From: Barnesiella intestinihominis
GTDB taxonomy: Bacteria; Bacillota; Clostridia; Oscillospirales; Ruminococcaceae
Length of the DNA: 59,359 nucleotides
Direction: 5' to 3'
Assembly: GCA_963656875.1 (NCBI GenBank)
Contig: CAVKKE010000001.1
Location: 1 to 59,359 of the forward strand
A program made the translations under genes and the position numbers. The notes under the pieces are model-generated. The model did not search any database. It worked only from the letters and a program-made list of their open reading frames with translations, and was not told the origin of the DNA. Each line of letters opens with the position of its first letter. Position 1 is the first letter of the stretch. This document shows, in pieces, positions 1 through 9,905 of this stretch.

Positions 1-640
1 GATTGGTGAAGATGCCAAAGATGACGCCGATGGCCATGATGATCAGGCAGATGCCGAACACGGGGTAGATCTTGCCGATGACTGCATCAATGGAAATGAA
101 GGTGGCGATGAAGTAGTACACCAGAATGATGATCAGCCAGAACAGCAGCGAGGTGAGCACGCCGGAAGCGCCACTCTGACTGCACAGCTCCACGATCAAG
201 CCTGCAGGGCCCACTGCGAACACGGTGCCAACCATGATCAGCAGCACCACAGAGAACACACGCATAACGTTCTGCATCACGGGGCCTAAGTATTTGCCGG
301 TGATCTCGGCGATGGAAGCACCGTCATTGCGCTCGCTCATCATGCCGGAGAAGTAGTCATGCACACCGCCTGCAAAGATGGTGCCGAAGGTGATCCACAG
401 GAACACCACAGGCCCCCACAAAGCGCCCTGCATGGCACCGAAGATGGGGCCCAGACCTGCGATGTTCAGCAGCTGGACGAGGAACAGCTTCCACTGGGGC
501 ATCACAACATAGTCAACACCGTCGTTGATGCGCACAGCGGGGGTCTCGCGGTCGTCCGGGCCGAAGGTATTGTCCACGATCTTACCATAGACGAAGTAGC
601 CCACAATCAGGATCGCCAGACAGAGTAAGAAACTGATCAT
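1..640 (-). CDS. cstA: Carbon starvation protein CstA family transporter (5' part; runs off the window start)
   Basis: The minus strand reads MISFLLCLAILIVGYFVYGK...TPA...DGVDYV...QLLNIAGLGPIFGA...WITFGTIFAGGVHDYFSGMMSERNDGASI, typical CstA N-terminal motifs. A GGAGG RBS lies upstream. Confidence 0.9.
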   Translation of the reverse strand, partial: MISFLLCLAILIVGYFVYGKIVDNTFGPDDRETPAVRINDGVDYVVMPQWKLFLVQLLNIAGLGPIFGAMQGALWGPVVFLWITFGTIFAGGVHDYFSGMMSERNDGASIAEITGKYLGPVMQNVMRVFSVVLLIMVGTVFAVGPAGLIVELCSQSGASGVLTSLLFWLIIILVYYFIATFISIDAVIGKIYPVFGICLIIMAIGVIFGIFTN

Positions 641-953
641 ACCAGAAACCTCCTTTTTCTCTCGTGACGAACTAAATGGAAATAATCTCCAGAATTTCCA
701 TTCAGCCCGACCAACTTTCTGCCCTCATGTTAACATATTTTTCATAAAAGTGATAATATGCTTCTGGAATAGGGTCATATCAAAAAGTATCTGGCCGCAA
801 AGGTTTTTAACCGATATTTCGTTCCATTTTCGTTCGTTTTATCAGCAAAAAGCGGCAGGAGCATCTTTCATGCTCCTGCCGTCGGTGAAGTTTCTTTCCC
901 GCTCCTAAAAATTCTTATCTGCTGTTTTTACCAGTTCTTAGCCTGCCGGGCCC

Positions 954-1871
954 TCATTTCACCGTGAGAGACGCCTGTTTGTGCAGCAGCTGCACAAAAG
1001 TCTGCTCTTCCGGGCGCAGAGTGCCCTTGTCCGGGTAGACCAGCACATCTTTCATGCGCTGACGCTGGGCGGGGCACTTTTTCAGCACCAGGTGATACTG
1101 TTCCAGCGCCTTCTGCGGCATGGGCGACGCCCACATATAGGCATTGGGCAGGTTTTGCAGAATGGAGAACTGGCTGCACCGCTCGTATACATGAATGCGG
1201 CGGTTGGGGTTCGTGTGCCAGTGCAGGCCGCTGTCCTCACCGCCGGGCAGCTGAAAATCATCGTGCAGGATCTCCGTATAGCGGTTCAGCTGGCTGATCT
1301 CAGTGATTTCCTGCTTTGCCAGCGGGCCTTCCCGGTTGGTCAGCAGCAGATAGTCAAACTCCATCACCGGTTCCCGGCGCAGGTTGTGGCGCTCGCAATA
1401 GCGGCGGTAATAGTCCTCGTCCTCTTCTGCATAGCGCAGCAGCGCCAGATGATAGCCCCGCCGCAGCACAAAATCCAGTGCTTCCATGGCACCGGATTCC
1501 CGGATGTGCACCCTCAGCTGTTCGCTGTCCGCCGCCTGCTGCAGAAAGTCCACAGTGGCATAGGACGCATAGGTGGCGTGGGGCAGCACCACCCGCAGCT
1601 CTGCGCAGCTGCCCTGCTGGCGGCGTGCATCCAGATCGAGCCGGTCCACTTCGTCCAGCACCCGCTCGGCCTGCTGGATGAAATGACGGCCCTGCTCGGT
1701 GGGGATCATGCCGGTGGAAGAGCGCTCAAAAATGCGGATGCCGTATTCCTCTTCCAGGTTCTTCAGCGCCTTGCTCACATTGGGCTGAGCCGCATACAGC
1801 TGCTTTGCTGCCGCCGACACCGAACCCCACTTGCGGATGGCCACCAGATAACGCAGTTCCGTGATATTCAT
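954..1871 (-). CDS. LysR-family transcriptional regulator
   Basis: N-terminal HTH (MNITELRYLVAI...SVSAAAKQLYAAQPNVSKALKNLEEEYG..IFERS); about 305 aa. Confidence 0.92.
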   Translation of the reverse strand: MNITELRYLVAIRKWGSVSAAAKQLYAAQPNVSKALKNLEEEYGIRIFERSSTGMIPTEQGRHFIQQAERVLDEVDRLDLDARRQQGSCAELRVVLPHATYASYATVDFLQQAADSEQLRVHIRESGAMEALDFVLRRGYHLALLRYAEEDEDYYRRYCERHNLRREPVMEFDYLLLTNREGPLAKQEITEISQLNRYTEILHDDFQLPGGEDSGLHWHTNPNRRIHVYERCSQFSILQNLPNAYMWASPMPQKALEQYHLVLKKCPAQRQRMKDVLVYPDKGTLRPEEQTFVQLLHKQASLTVK

Positions 1872-1941
1872 GTGCATCCTCCGTTCCACAAATTACAACT
1901 ATTTTATCAATTCCGTTGGCTTGCTGTCAAGCCAAACGCAG

Positions 1942-1970
1942 TTGACGCGCCCGGAACGGCGCTTTATAAT
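1942..1970 (+). promoter_or_regulatory. Sigma70-type promoter
   Basis: TTGACG-17 bp-TATAAT upstream of the ORF at 2002. Confidence 0.7.
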
Positions 1971-2001
1971 AAAAGAGAATCTGAAAAAGGAGTTTTGCTG
2001 T

Positions 2002-2223
2002 ATGGAGACCACTTACCGCGTCCTGCGCATTGATGAACAGATGTACGGTTGCGAAGAGCTGCCTACCGGTCAGCCGGTGCTGTGCGACGTCACGCTGGCC
2101 GATGCCGCCAGGAACACCCGCACTCTGCCCTACCCGGACAAAGAGCTGACCCGCCTTGGCATCGACGAAGGCGACACGGTAGTTCTGACAGCAGACGGCA
2201 CCCTACAGAAATATTTTTCTTGA
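2002..2223 (+). CDS. Small hypothetical protein (73 aa)
   Basis: AAGGAG RBS, ATG at 2002 (METTYRVLRIDEQMYGCEE...), promoter directly upstream. Confidence 0.7.
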   Translation: METTYRVLRIDEQMYGCEELPTGQPVLCDVTLADAARNTRTLPYPDKELTRLGIDEGDTVVLTADGTLQKYFS

Positions 2224-2297
2224 ACAACGCCCTCTCAGGTGCTGCGCATCAGCCCCCAAGGGGAGCCGCAAATAAAGGTGTTTCACAGGAGGAAACC

Positions 2298-3200
2298 ATG
2301 AAAAAGATCGAAACTTCCGCCCTCATCGGCCTAGGTGCGCTGGGCATCCTGTTCGGCCGCAAAATGCCCGGCGTGCAGGTCATCGCCGACGAAAAGCGCA
2401 TCGCACGCTATTCCGCAGAGCCCGTGGTCTGCAACGGCGAAGAGTGCAAGTTCCGCTACGTCACCCCCGCCGAGGGCAAGCCGGTAGACCTGCTTCTCGT
2501 GGCCGTCAAAGCCACCGTGCTGGAGCAGGCCATTCAGGACATTGCAAAGTTCGTGGGCCCGGATACTGTTATCATCAGCGTGCTGAACGGCATCACCAGC
2601 GAAGAGCACATCGACGCCGCCTACCCCGGCCACACCCTGTGGAGCGTGGCCATCGGCATGGATGCCACCCGCACCGGCCGCAGCCTTGTATTCAATCAGG
2701 AAGGCAAGATCCAGTTCGGTGAGCGCAGCGGCGAAATGACCGACCGCGTGCAGGCTGTGGCCGACTATCTGGATGCCTGCGGCATCGCCAACGAACCCTG
2801 CAGCGATATCCTTTATAAGCAGTGGAACAAGCTGATGGTCAACGACGGCCTGAACCAGGCTGCGGCAGCATTCAACCAGCCCTACGGCGGCCTGTGCCAG
2901 CCCGGCGAAGCGCAGAACATGATGCGCACCGCTATGCAGGAGGTCATTCATCTTGCCAACCTTGAGGGCGTGCCCCTGCCGCCGGACAACGACGTGAAGT
3001 TCCTCGACGCCATGATGCCCACCTTCAACCCGGAAGGAATGCCCAGTATGCGGCAGGATGTGCTGGCAAAGCGCCTGACCGAGGTGGATGAGTTTGCCGG
3101 TGTGGTGCGTGAGCGTGCAAAGAAATACAACATGCCCACCCCCGCCAACGACTTTTTCTATGCCCGCATCCGGGAGATCGAAGCCGGATACAACAAGTAA
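2298..3200 (+). CDS. panE: Ketopantoate reductase (PanE/ApbA family)
   Basis: GLGALG Rossmann motif, LLLVAVKA, SVLNGI, WNKL..N and SMRQD...TEVDEFAG motifs; AGGAGG RBS before the ATG at 2298. Confidence 0.82.
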   Translation: MKKIETSALIGLGALGILFGRKMPGVQVIADEKRIARYSAEPVVCNGEECKFRYVTPAEGKPVDLLLVAVKATVLEQAIQDIAKFVGPDTVIISVLNGITSEEHIDAAYPGHTLWSVAIGMDATRTGRSLVFNQEGKIQFGERSGEMTDRVQAVADYLDACGIANEPCSDILYKQWNKLMVNDGLNQAAAAFNQPYGGLCQPGEAQNMMRTAMQEVIHLANLEGVPLPPDNDVKFLDAMMPTFNPEGMPSMRQDVLAKRLTEVDEFAGVVRERAKKYNMPTPANDFFYARIREIEAGYNK

Positions 3201-3209
3201 GGAGACGCC

Positions 3210-3749
3210 ATGCACAAGATTTATTTCACCCGCCACGGCGAGACCGTGTGGAATGTCGAGAACAAGATCTGCGGCATGACCGACAGCCCCCTGACCGAGA
3301 AGGGCCGCCAGCAGGCCCGGCAGCTGGGCGAAAAGGTCAAGGCCAGCGGCGTGCACATCGACGAGATCCTCTATTCTCCCCTGTCCCGCGCCGCCGACAC
3401 GGCCAAGGCCATTGCGGATGCCACCGGCCTGCCGGCCCGGTATGAGCCTCGCCTGCGGGAACAGTGCTTCGGCAAATATGAGGGCACGCCCCGCAACGGC
3501 GGCGAGTTCCGCGTCTCCAAGACCCACTTCGCCGACCGCTACGACGGCGGCGAAAGCATGATGCAGCTGGCCCAGCGCATCTACAACCTGCTGGATGAGC
3601 TGAAAGCCGACACGGACAAGACCTATCTTCTGGTGGCGCACAACGGCATCGCCCGTGTGGTGCAGTCTTACTTCTACGATATGACCAATGAGGAATACGC
3701 CATGGCCGGCATCCGGAACTGCGAGCTAGTAGAGTATGATTTTGAATAA
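3210..3749 (+). CDS. Histidine phosphatase (phosphoglycerate mutase) family protein
   Basis: RHGET, SPLSRA..TA, LRE..FG, GGES and LLVAHNG motifs. Confidence 0.92.
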   Translation: MHKIYFTRHGETVWNVENKICGMTDSPLTEKGRQQARQLGEKVKASGVHIDEILYSPLSRAADTAKAIADATGLPARYEPRLREQCFGKYEGTPRNGGEFRVSKTHFADRYDGGESMMQLAQRIYNLLDELKADTDKTYLLVAHNGIARVVQSYFYDMTNEEYAMAGIRNCELVEYDFE

Positions 3750-3770
3750 AGTTTTCTCATAATCTATCAC

Positions 3771-3858
3771 GGCCTCGCCCTCTCAGTCTCACTTTCGTTC
3801 GACAGCTCTCCCAAAGGGAGAGGTGGCACGGCATCAGCCGTGACGGAGAGGGCGAGCC
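3771..3858. repeat. Palindromic REP-like repeat, family C
   Basis: GGCCTCGCCCTCTC...GACAGCTCTCCCAAAGGGAGAG...GAGAGGGCGAGCC. Related copies lie at about 2229, 21124, 41602, 50494 and 55422. Confidence 0.75.
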
Positions 3859-3926
3859 CGTTAACAAAAAAAGCATCTGCAACTGTACTTCAGGCATCGC
3901 AATCGCAGATGCTTTCTTTTTATGTC

Positions 3927-5633
3927 TTATCCCTTATAAAGCCCGAACAGCTTGAGCAGCTTCTGCCAGAAGGTCAGAGTCACCGCTTCCGCCTCCGGCT
4001 CTGCCGCCGGGGCGGGGGCTGTGATGGCGGTGGTCTGCAGGGCAAACTGTACCGCACTCACGTCGGTGTTCTCTGCCGAAGTGAAGCTCTGCACCTCTCC
4101 GCCGCCGGACAGGCTGTCCAGCAGGGTATCCAGCTGGTCGCCCAGCTCGATGCCTGCGACGTTCTCCCGCAGCTCTCCGGTGCCGCCGGTGAGCTGGGAA
4201 GCACCTTCGGCCAGCTGCTGCACACCCGCTTTCAGCTGGGCCACACCGTCGGTGTAAGCGTTCAGGCCGTCGTCCAGCTGTGCATACTGGGACGTCAACT
4301 GGTTCACACCGTCGGTGAGCACAGACAGGTTGCCCAGCATCCCGGTGAGCACATCCGCCAGCTGGCGCACCCCGGCGTCAAACTCGCCGTAGCTGCTGTT
4401 CAGGGTGCTGCTGCCCTCATGCAGCTTGGCAATGCCGCCGTTCACCGTGTCGAGGTAGGTCTGCATCGCGTCGATGTTGGCGCTGGAACCCTGCAGCAGC
4501 AGGATCACGTCCTTCAGCTGGGGCATCAGCTTCACCATGCCCTGCAGCTGCTCAATGGCCTTGGCGTTGCCATCCTTCACCACGTCCAAGTCAAGACCGT
4601 TCTCTTTCAGAATGGCCTTGTAGGCCTCAAAGCTCACCTGCTGTTCCAGCTGTGCCGCGCCCTCGTCGATCTGGGCAATGCCGTCTTTGATCTGAGCGGA
4701 GGCATTCAGCAGTGTGTTCAGCTCATCGGTGGATGCCGAGATGCCGTTCAGCGCGGTCTGCATCTGGGTCAGGGCAGCGCGCACCTGTGCGGAGCCGCCC
4801 GTCAGGCTGGCGGAATTGCCGTTCAGGGTGTCAATGCCCGCCTGCACCTGCGCAATGCCGTCTGCCAGCGCATTGGCACCGTCGTCCAGCTGCACAGAAC
4901 CGTTCTGCAGCTGATCCATCATCCCCTGGATGTCGATATCACCAAGGTCGATGTTCAGGTTCAGCCGCACACCGTTCAGGGAGACGGCATCCATGACGAA
5001 ATCCGTTACGTCGGCGGTGACCGTCACGTCGCTGTCCGCACCCGGCAGCAGGATGTAGGAAAGCTGCTTTTTGCTGCCCACATTTGCCACGGTAGCACCC
5101 GGGGCTTCAATGTTCTGTGCAAGGTCGGTGTCCAGACTCATGGTCACCTGCAAAGCGTATTTATCGAAGAAATCTCCGGTGCAGTCCGGGTTGCGGCTCA
5201 CCTGCAGCCGGATAGCCAGTGCGCCGCTTTTGCCGCCCAGCTCGTCGGGGCTAATCTCCGCGCCATCCAGCGTGTAAGTCAGCTTCACCACCCAGGGCAG
5301 AGCCGTGGCAGTGTCCATGGTGCCCTCATAATAGAGCTTGCCGTCCTCGGATACATTGACCGAAATGATGCCGCCGTTCTGTTCAATGGCATCCTTCGTG
5401 GTCATGTTGCGCACGGCGGTGTAGCTGCCATGGTCGGTGACGGTGTCCCCCGCCTGCACGGCAAAGCTGTTGACTGCGTACACGCCTGTGACTTCGCCGG
5501 AGGCCGTCAGGTTTGCATAAATGACTTCCTCTTTGGCTGTGGATGCCGCCGCAAAGGCAGGCATTGCCGCGCCTGCCAGCAGGCAGCCAGCCAGCGCCAG
5601 CGCCGACATTCGGCGCACAAAATGCTGTTTCAT
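3927..5633 (-). CDS. YhgE/Pip-like secreted or membrane protein with L-x-x-G heptad repeats (MMPL partner)
   Basis: Signal peptide, KEEVIYANL motif, repeated QLxxGxxQL heptads; directly follows the MMPL gene. Confidence 0.7.
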   Translation of the reverse strand: MKQHFVRRMSALALAGCLLAGAAMPAFAAASTAKEEVIYANLTASGEVTGVYAVNSFAVQAGDTVTDHGSYTAVRNMTTKDAIEQNGGIISVNVSEDGKLYYEGTMDTATALPWVVKLTYTLDGAEISPDELGGKSGALAIRLQVSRNPDCTGDFFDKYALQVTMSLDTDLAQNIEAPGATVANVGSKKQLSYILLPGADSDVTVTADVTDFVMDAVSLNGVRLNLNIDLGDIDIQGMMDQLQNGSVQLDDGANALADGIAQVQAGIDTLNGNSASLTGGSAQVRAALTQMQTALNGISASTDELNTLLNASAQIKDGIAQIDEGAAQLEQQVSFEAYKAILKENGLDLDVVKDGNAKAIEQLQGMVKLMPQLKDVILLLQGSSANIDAMQTYLDTVNGGIAKLHEGSSTLNSSYGEFDAGVRQLADVLTGMLGNLSVLTDGVNQLTSQYAQLDDGLNAYTDGVAQLKAGVQQLAEGASQLTGGTGELRENVAGIELGDQLDTLLDSLSGGGEVQSFTSAENTDVSAVQFALQTTAITAPAPAAEPEAEAVTLTFWQKLLKLFGLYKG

Positions 5634-5638
5634 ATCCG

Positions 5639-7699
5639 TTAAGCCTCCTTCGGCTGTTTCTTGCGTTTGATGATGAGCGGGTCGGCCAGATAGAGATAAC
5701 CCGGCAGGGCCAGCAGCACGATGGCCAGCGACACCAGACCGCCCACGCCCAGGAAGTTGCCCAGCTGGCCCAGCAGCTGGTTGGTGGAAATGGCTCCCAT
5801 CAGGAAGCCCACCACAGCCAGCGCGCTGCCGGTGGTGATGACCGAGGTCGTCACGGCCGACACCGTGGCCGCAATGGCATACTTCCGGCCCAGCGTCTCC
5901 CGGAACTCCTGATAGCGGTCGGAGAACAGGATGGCGTAGTCCACCGTTGCGCCAAGCTGGATGGAGCTGATGATAAGGTAAGCAATGTAGAACACATACT
6001 GGCCCCGGAAATACGGAATGGCCAGATTGATCCAGATGGCCGTTTCAATGCTCAGCACCAGAATGATGGGCAGCAGCAGCTGGCGCTTCATGATGAGCAG
6101 GATCAGGAACACCGCGCCGATGGCCAGCAGATTCACCTTGACCATATCGGCGGTGATGGTGTCCATCAGATCATAGGTGCTCACGCCCTGGCCCGCCAGA
6201 TAATAATTGTCCGGGTAATACTGCTGCACGATGGCGCGGATGCGCTCCACCAGCGCAAATGCGGAGTCACCCTCGGTGTCAGAATCCACCGTCAGCACCA
6301 TGCGGGTATAGCCGCCGGACACCAGCAGCTTCAGGGTGTCCGAGGGAACAAACTCCGGCGGGATGGATGCACCTGCGTTGTCCACATAGGACAGGATGCT
6401 GGTCACCTCCGGCACTGCGTGCAGCGCGTCCGAAAGCTCGGCCTGCGTGGCCGTGTCGCCCTCCGGCACCAGAACAACATAGGTGTCGCTTTTGCCGAAG
6501 ATCTCTTCAATGGCGGCTGTATCCGCGCCAAGGCGGGTGTTGGTGCCGAACATATGAGCAGCACCATAATGATACTGGTTGTTGTTGGAGGCCAGATAGC
6601 TGGGCACCATGATGATGGCCAGCACCAGCGCCATGGGCAGCATGATGCGGGAGACGAACCGGCCAAACTTGTCGAAGCTGGGCAGAAGCGGTTTGTGGTG
6701 GGTCTTATCCATCCACTTGTATGCTGCCAGCGTCAGCGCCGGCATGAAGGTGAACACTGTGACAAGACTCAGCACCACGCCCTTTGCCAGCGCAAGGCCC
6801 AGATCCGGGCCGATCTGGAACTGCATGAGCACCAGCGCCAGAAAGCCGATGACTGTGGTCAGGCCGCTGGACAGAATGGAGCCTGTGGACTTGCACAGCG
6901 CATCCACCATGCAGTCCTCCGGGCCGGCATTCGGGTTTTCGGCCCGGCACTCGGCAAAGCGGTGAATGAGGAACACCGAGTAGTCCAGCGACACCGCCAG
7001 CTGCAGGATGCTGCCAGCCGCATTGGTGACAAAGGAGATGGTGCCAAAGATGAGGTTGGTGCCGTTATTGATCAGGATGGCCGCACCAAGGCCCGTCAGC
7101 ACCAGAAGGGGCTCCGCCCAGGAGTCGGTGGTCAGGATCAGGATGAACAGCACATACACCACCGCAATGGCGGCGATCTTCGCCACCTCGGTCACGGTGG
7201 AATTGGTTGCCACAGCTGTGGACACAGCCGTGCCGGCCAGTGCATTGTCCTCCCCGATGAGGTCCTGCACTGCGGCCACGGCTTCCAGACGCTTCGCGTC
7301 TTCCACGGTGACGGTGAACAGGGCGCAGCCATCTTTATAATAAGTTTCTACGGTGTCGGTGTCCTGCATCCGCAGCGGCACAGTCATGTCCAGACTGTCG
7401 TCCAGCCATGCCACTGACGACACACCGTCAATGGCGGCAATTTTTTCTTTGTACTCCAGCGCTTCGGGCACCGTCACGTCCCGCACCATGACGCGCATGT
7501 TGGGGATGCCGCCGGTGAAAGCGCTGTTCATCACCTCAATGGCGGTGGTAGAGGGGGAATCCGGCGGCAGATAGTCGTTGATATCGTAGTCCACCTGCAC
7601 CTGCCGCATGGCGAACACACTCAGCACGGCCGCCAGTGCAAACACCGCCAGCACCAGCCTGCGCCGGCGCACAATGGCGGTATAGAATCGTTTCATCAA
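5639..7699 (-). CDS. MMPL/RND-family membrane transporter
   Basis: Two TM halves with LAVSLDYSVFL / LGATVDYAILF and ILSSGLTT motifs. Confidence 0.88.
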   Translation of the reverse strand: MMKRFYTAIVRRRRLVLAVFALAAVLSVFAMRQVQVDYDINDYLPPDSPSTTAIEVMNSAFTGGIPNMRVMVRDVTVPEALEYKEKIAAIDGVSSVAWLDDSLDMTVPLRMQDTDTVETYYKDGCALFTVTVEDAKRLEAVAAVQDLIGEDNALAGTAVSTAVATNSTVTEVAKIAAIAVVYVLFILILTTDSWAEPLLVLTGLGAAILINNGTNLIFGTISFVTNAAGSILQLAVSLDYSVFLIHRFAECRAENPNAGPEDCMVDALCKSTGSILSSGLTTVIGFLALVLMQFQIGPDLGLALAKGVVLSLVTVFTFMPALTLAAYKWMDKTHHKPLLPSFDKFGRFVSRIMLPMALVLAIIMVPSYLASNNNQYHYGAAHMFGTNTRLGADTAAIEEIFGKSDTYVVLVPEGDTATQAELSDALHAVPEVTSILSYVDNAGASIPPEFVPSDTLKLLVSGGYTRMVLTVDSDTEGDSAFALVERIRAIVQQYYPDNYYLAGQGVSTYDLMDTITADMVKVNLLAIGAVFLILLIMKRQLLLPIILVLSIETAIWINLAIPYFRGQYVFYIAYLIISSIQLGATVDYAILFSDRYQEFRETLGRKYAIAATVSAVTTSVITTGSALAVVGFLMGAISTNQLLGQLGNFLGVGGLVSLAIVLLALPGYLYLADPLIIKRKKQPKEA

Positions 7700-7817
7700 A
7701 ACAGAAAAGCTCCTCTCTGTAAAAATCCTTTATCATTCTATCAGGTTTGATGGGTTTAAAAAATAGACAAATCCTGAATTTTGGCCCATTAACTCTGTTT
7801 TTTGCCGCAGATTTGCC

Positions 7818-7878
7818 TTGACAAAGTCCAATTTTGGATTTATACTGTTCCAGCCGTCAAAATCCAATCTTGGATTAT
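7818..7878 (+). promoter_or_regulatory. Sigma70 promoter with two palindromic operators (probable MarR sites)
   Basis: TTGACA(7818)-17-TATACT(7841). Palindromes TCCAAttTTGGA in the spacer and AATCCAAtcTTGGATT just downstream. Confidence 0.75.
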
Positions 7879-7894
7879 AGAAAGGAGTGAGGGA

Positions 7895-8374
7895 ATGGAC
7901 GCTGAAGTCAAAGCTCAGAATATCGCGCTGAACCAGTTTTACAAGCGCATGAACGAGCAGTACCACGCTTATGCCGTGCACTGCGGCCTGTCTGATCCAT
8001 CCCTGTGGGTGCTTTACTCCCTGTGGGAAACCGAAGCCCCCATGACCCAGAACGATATTGCATCCATCTGGATGTACCCCAAACAGACCATCAACTTCAC
8101 CATTTCCGGTCTTGTGAAAAAAGGCTGTGTCCAGCTCGAACAGCGTCCCGGTGCCCGCAGCGGCAAGACCGTGAAGCTGACCGCAGAGGGGGCCGCACTC
8201 TGCCAAAAGGTCATCGTTCCTCTGATGGAAGCAGAAGAGCGCAGCCTTTCCCGGCTGACCGCCGCAGAGCGGCACACCCTCATCTCCCTGAGCGAGAAGC
8301 AGTGCACCTCTTTTGAGCGGTCTTTGCAGGCCCTGCTGCCCCTGCCGGGCGAATCACTGCCGGAAAAAGAATAA
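7895..8374 (+). CDS. MarR-family transcriptional regulator
   Basis: wHTH pattern (TQNDIAS..MYPKQTINFTISGLVKKG...KTVKLTAEG); AAGGAG RBS; upstream of a MATE pump. Confidence 0.88.
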   Translation: MDAEVKAQNIALNQFYKRMNEQYHAYAVHCGLSDPSLWVLYSLWETEAPMTQNDIASIWMYPKQTINFTISGLVKKGCVQLEQRPGARSGKTVKLTAEGAALCQKVIVPLMEAEERSLSRLTAAERHTLISLSEKQCTSFERSLQALLPLPGESLPEKE

Positions 8375-8394
8375 TCACATCGAAAGGAACTTTC

Positions 8395-9744
8395 ATGTCA
8401 AAGCAAAGAATTCAGCTTTCTGACCATTTCACCTATTCCCGCCTGCTGCGGTTCGTGCTGCCCTGCATCGGCACCATGCTGTTCACCTCCATCTACGGCG
8501 TCGTGGACGGCCTGTGTGTCTCCAACTTCGTGGGCAAAACGGCCTTTGCGGCGGTCAATCTCATCATGCCCCTGCCGCAGCTGCTGGGCACCATCGGCTT
8601 CATGCTGGGCACCGGCGGCAGCGCCATCGTGGGCATCACCCTGGGCGAGGGCGACCAGAAAAAGGCTGACCGCTATTTCACCATGTTCCTGCTGGCGGCC
8701 CTTGTTTCGGTCAGCGTGCTGGCCGTGCTGGGCTTCGTGTTCCTGCGGCCCATCGCCGTGCTGCTGGGCGCTAAGGGCGAGCTTTTGGACTACGCCCTGC
8801 GCTATGGCCGCATCCTGATGGTCTCCCTGCCCACCTTCGCACTGCAGAACATGTTCCAGAGCTTTTTTGTCACCGCCGAAAAGCCCCATCTCGGCTTCTA
8901 CTTCACCGTGGGCGCGGGCTGCACCAACATAGTGCTGGACGTGCTGATGGTGGGCGTCTGGGGCTGGGGCGTCGAGGGCGCCGCCATCGCCACCTTTATC
9001 AGCCAGCTGGTGGGCGGCGTGCTGCCGGTCTTCTACTTCCTCAACCATAACAATTCCAGCTGCCTGCACCTGTGCAGAACCCAATTTTACGGCAGGGTCC
9101 TGCGGGACGCCTGCATCAACGGCTCTTCCGAACTGATGACCAACCTCTCCATGTCGCTGGTCAACATCCTGTACAACTACCAGCTGCTGCGCCTGGCCGG
9201 TGAAAACGGCGTGGCCGCCTATGGCGTCATCATGTATGCCGCTTTCCTGTTCGTAGCCGTGTTCGTGGGCTATGCCGTAGGCAGCGCCCCCATCGTCAGC
9301 TTCCACTACGGTGCCCGCAACCATGCTGAGGTGCACAACCTCTACCAGAAGAGCCTGCGGCTCATCGCTGTGGTGGCTGTGGTCATGACTGCCGTCTCCA
9401 TGGTGTTCATCCCCTATGTGGCACGCATCTTTGTGGGCTACGACGCAAGCCTGCTGGAATTGACCACCCATGCCTTCCGGCTGTATGCACTGAGCTTCCT
9501 TATCATGGGCTTCAACGTGTATGCGTCCTCCTTCTTCACAGCTCTGGGCGACGGCGTGACCAGTGCGCTGATCTCCTTCCTGCGCACGCTGGTGTTCCAG
9601 CTGGCGGCCCTGCTCATCCTGCCCGCCATCCTGAAGCTGGACGGCATCTGGCTGGCCATCACCGCCGCCGAACTGGCCTCCCTGGCTGTGAGCGTGACCA
9701 TGTTCATCACCAAGGATAAAGTATTCCATTACCGCAAGGTGTAA
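8395..9744 (+). CDS. MATE-family efflux transporter
   Basis: 449-aa polytopic protein with YGVVDGL.VSNFVGKTAFAAVNL and NIVLD motifs. Confidence 0.92.
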   Translation: MSKQRIQLSDHFTYSRLLRFVLPCIGTMLFTSIYGVVDGLCVSNFVGKTAFAAVNLIMPLPQLLGTIGFMLGTGGSAIVGITLGEGDQKKADRYFTMFLLAALVSVSVLAVLGFVFLRPIAVLLGAKGELLDYALRYGRILMVSLPTFALQNMFQSFFVTAEKPHLGFYFTVGAGCTNIVLDVLMVGVWGWGVEGAAIATFISQLVGGVLPVFYFLNHNNSSCLHLCRTQFYGRVLRDACINGSSELMTNLSMSLVNILYNYQLLRLAGENGVAAYGVIMYAAFLFVAVFVGYAVGSAPIVSFHYGARNHAEVHNLYQKSLRLIAVVAVVMTAVSMVFIPYVARIFVGYDASLLELTTHAFRLYALSFLIMGFNVYASSFFTALGDGVTSALISFLRTLVFQLAALLILPAILKLDGIWLAITAAELASLAVSVTMFITKDKVFHYRKV

Positions 9745-9771
9745 GTATTCCATCATTATTCTTTTGTCTAC

Positions 9772-9817
9772 AGACGCAGAAATTCGACCAATCGTACGAA
9801 TTTCTGCGTCTATTTTT
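9772..9817 (+). terminator. Rho-independent terminator
   Basis: AGACGCAGAAATTCG...CGAATTTCTGCGTCT followed by a T-rich tail. Confidence 0.7.
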
Positions 9818-9905
9818 GTCTATCCTCTCCATTGCAGCCAGTATCTTACCATATTATACTTAACTAAGATTGTTGCTTTGCTGTTTTATACTTGAGGAGG
9901 TTTCT

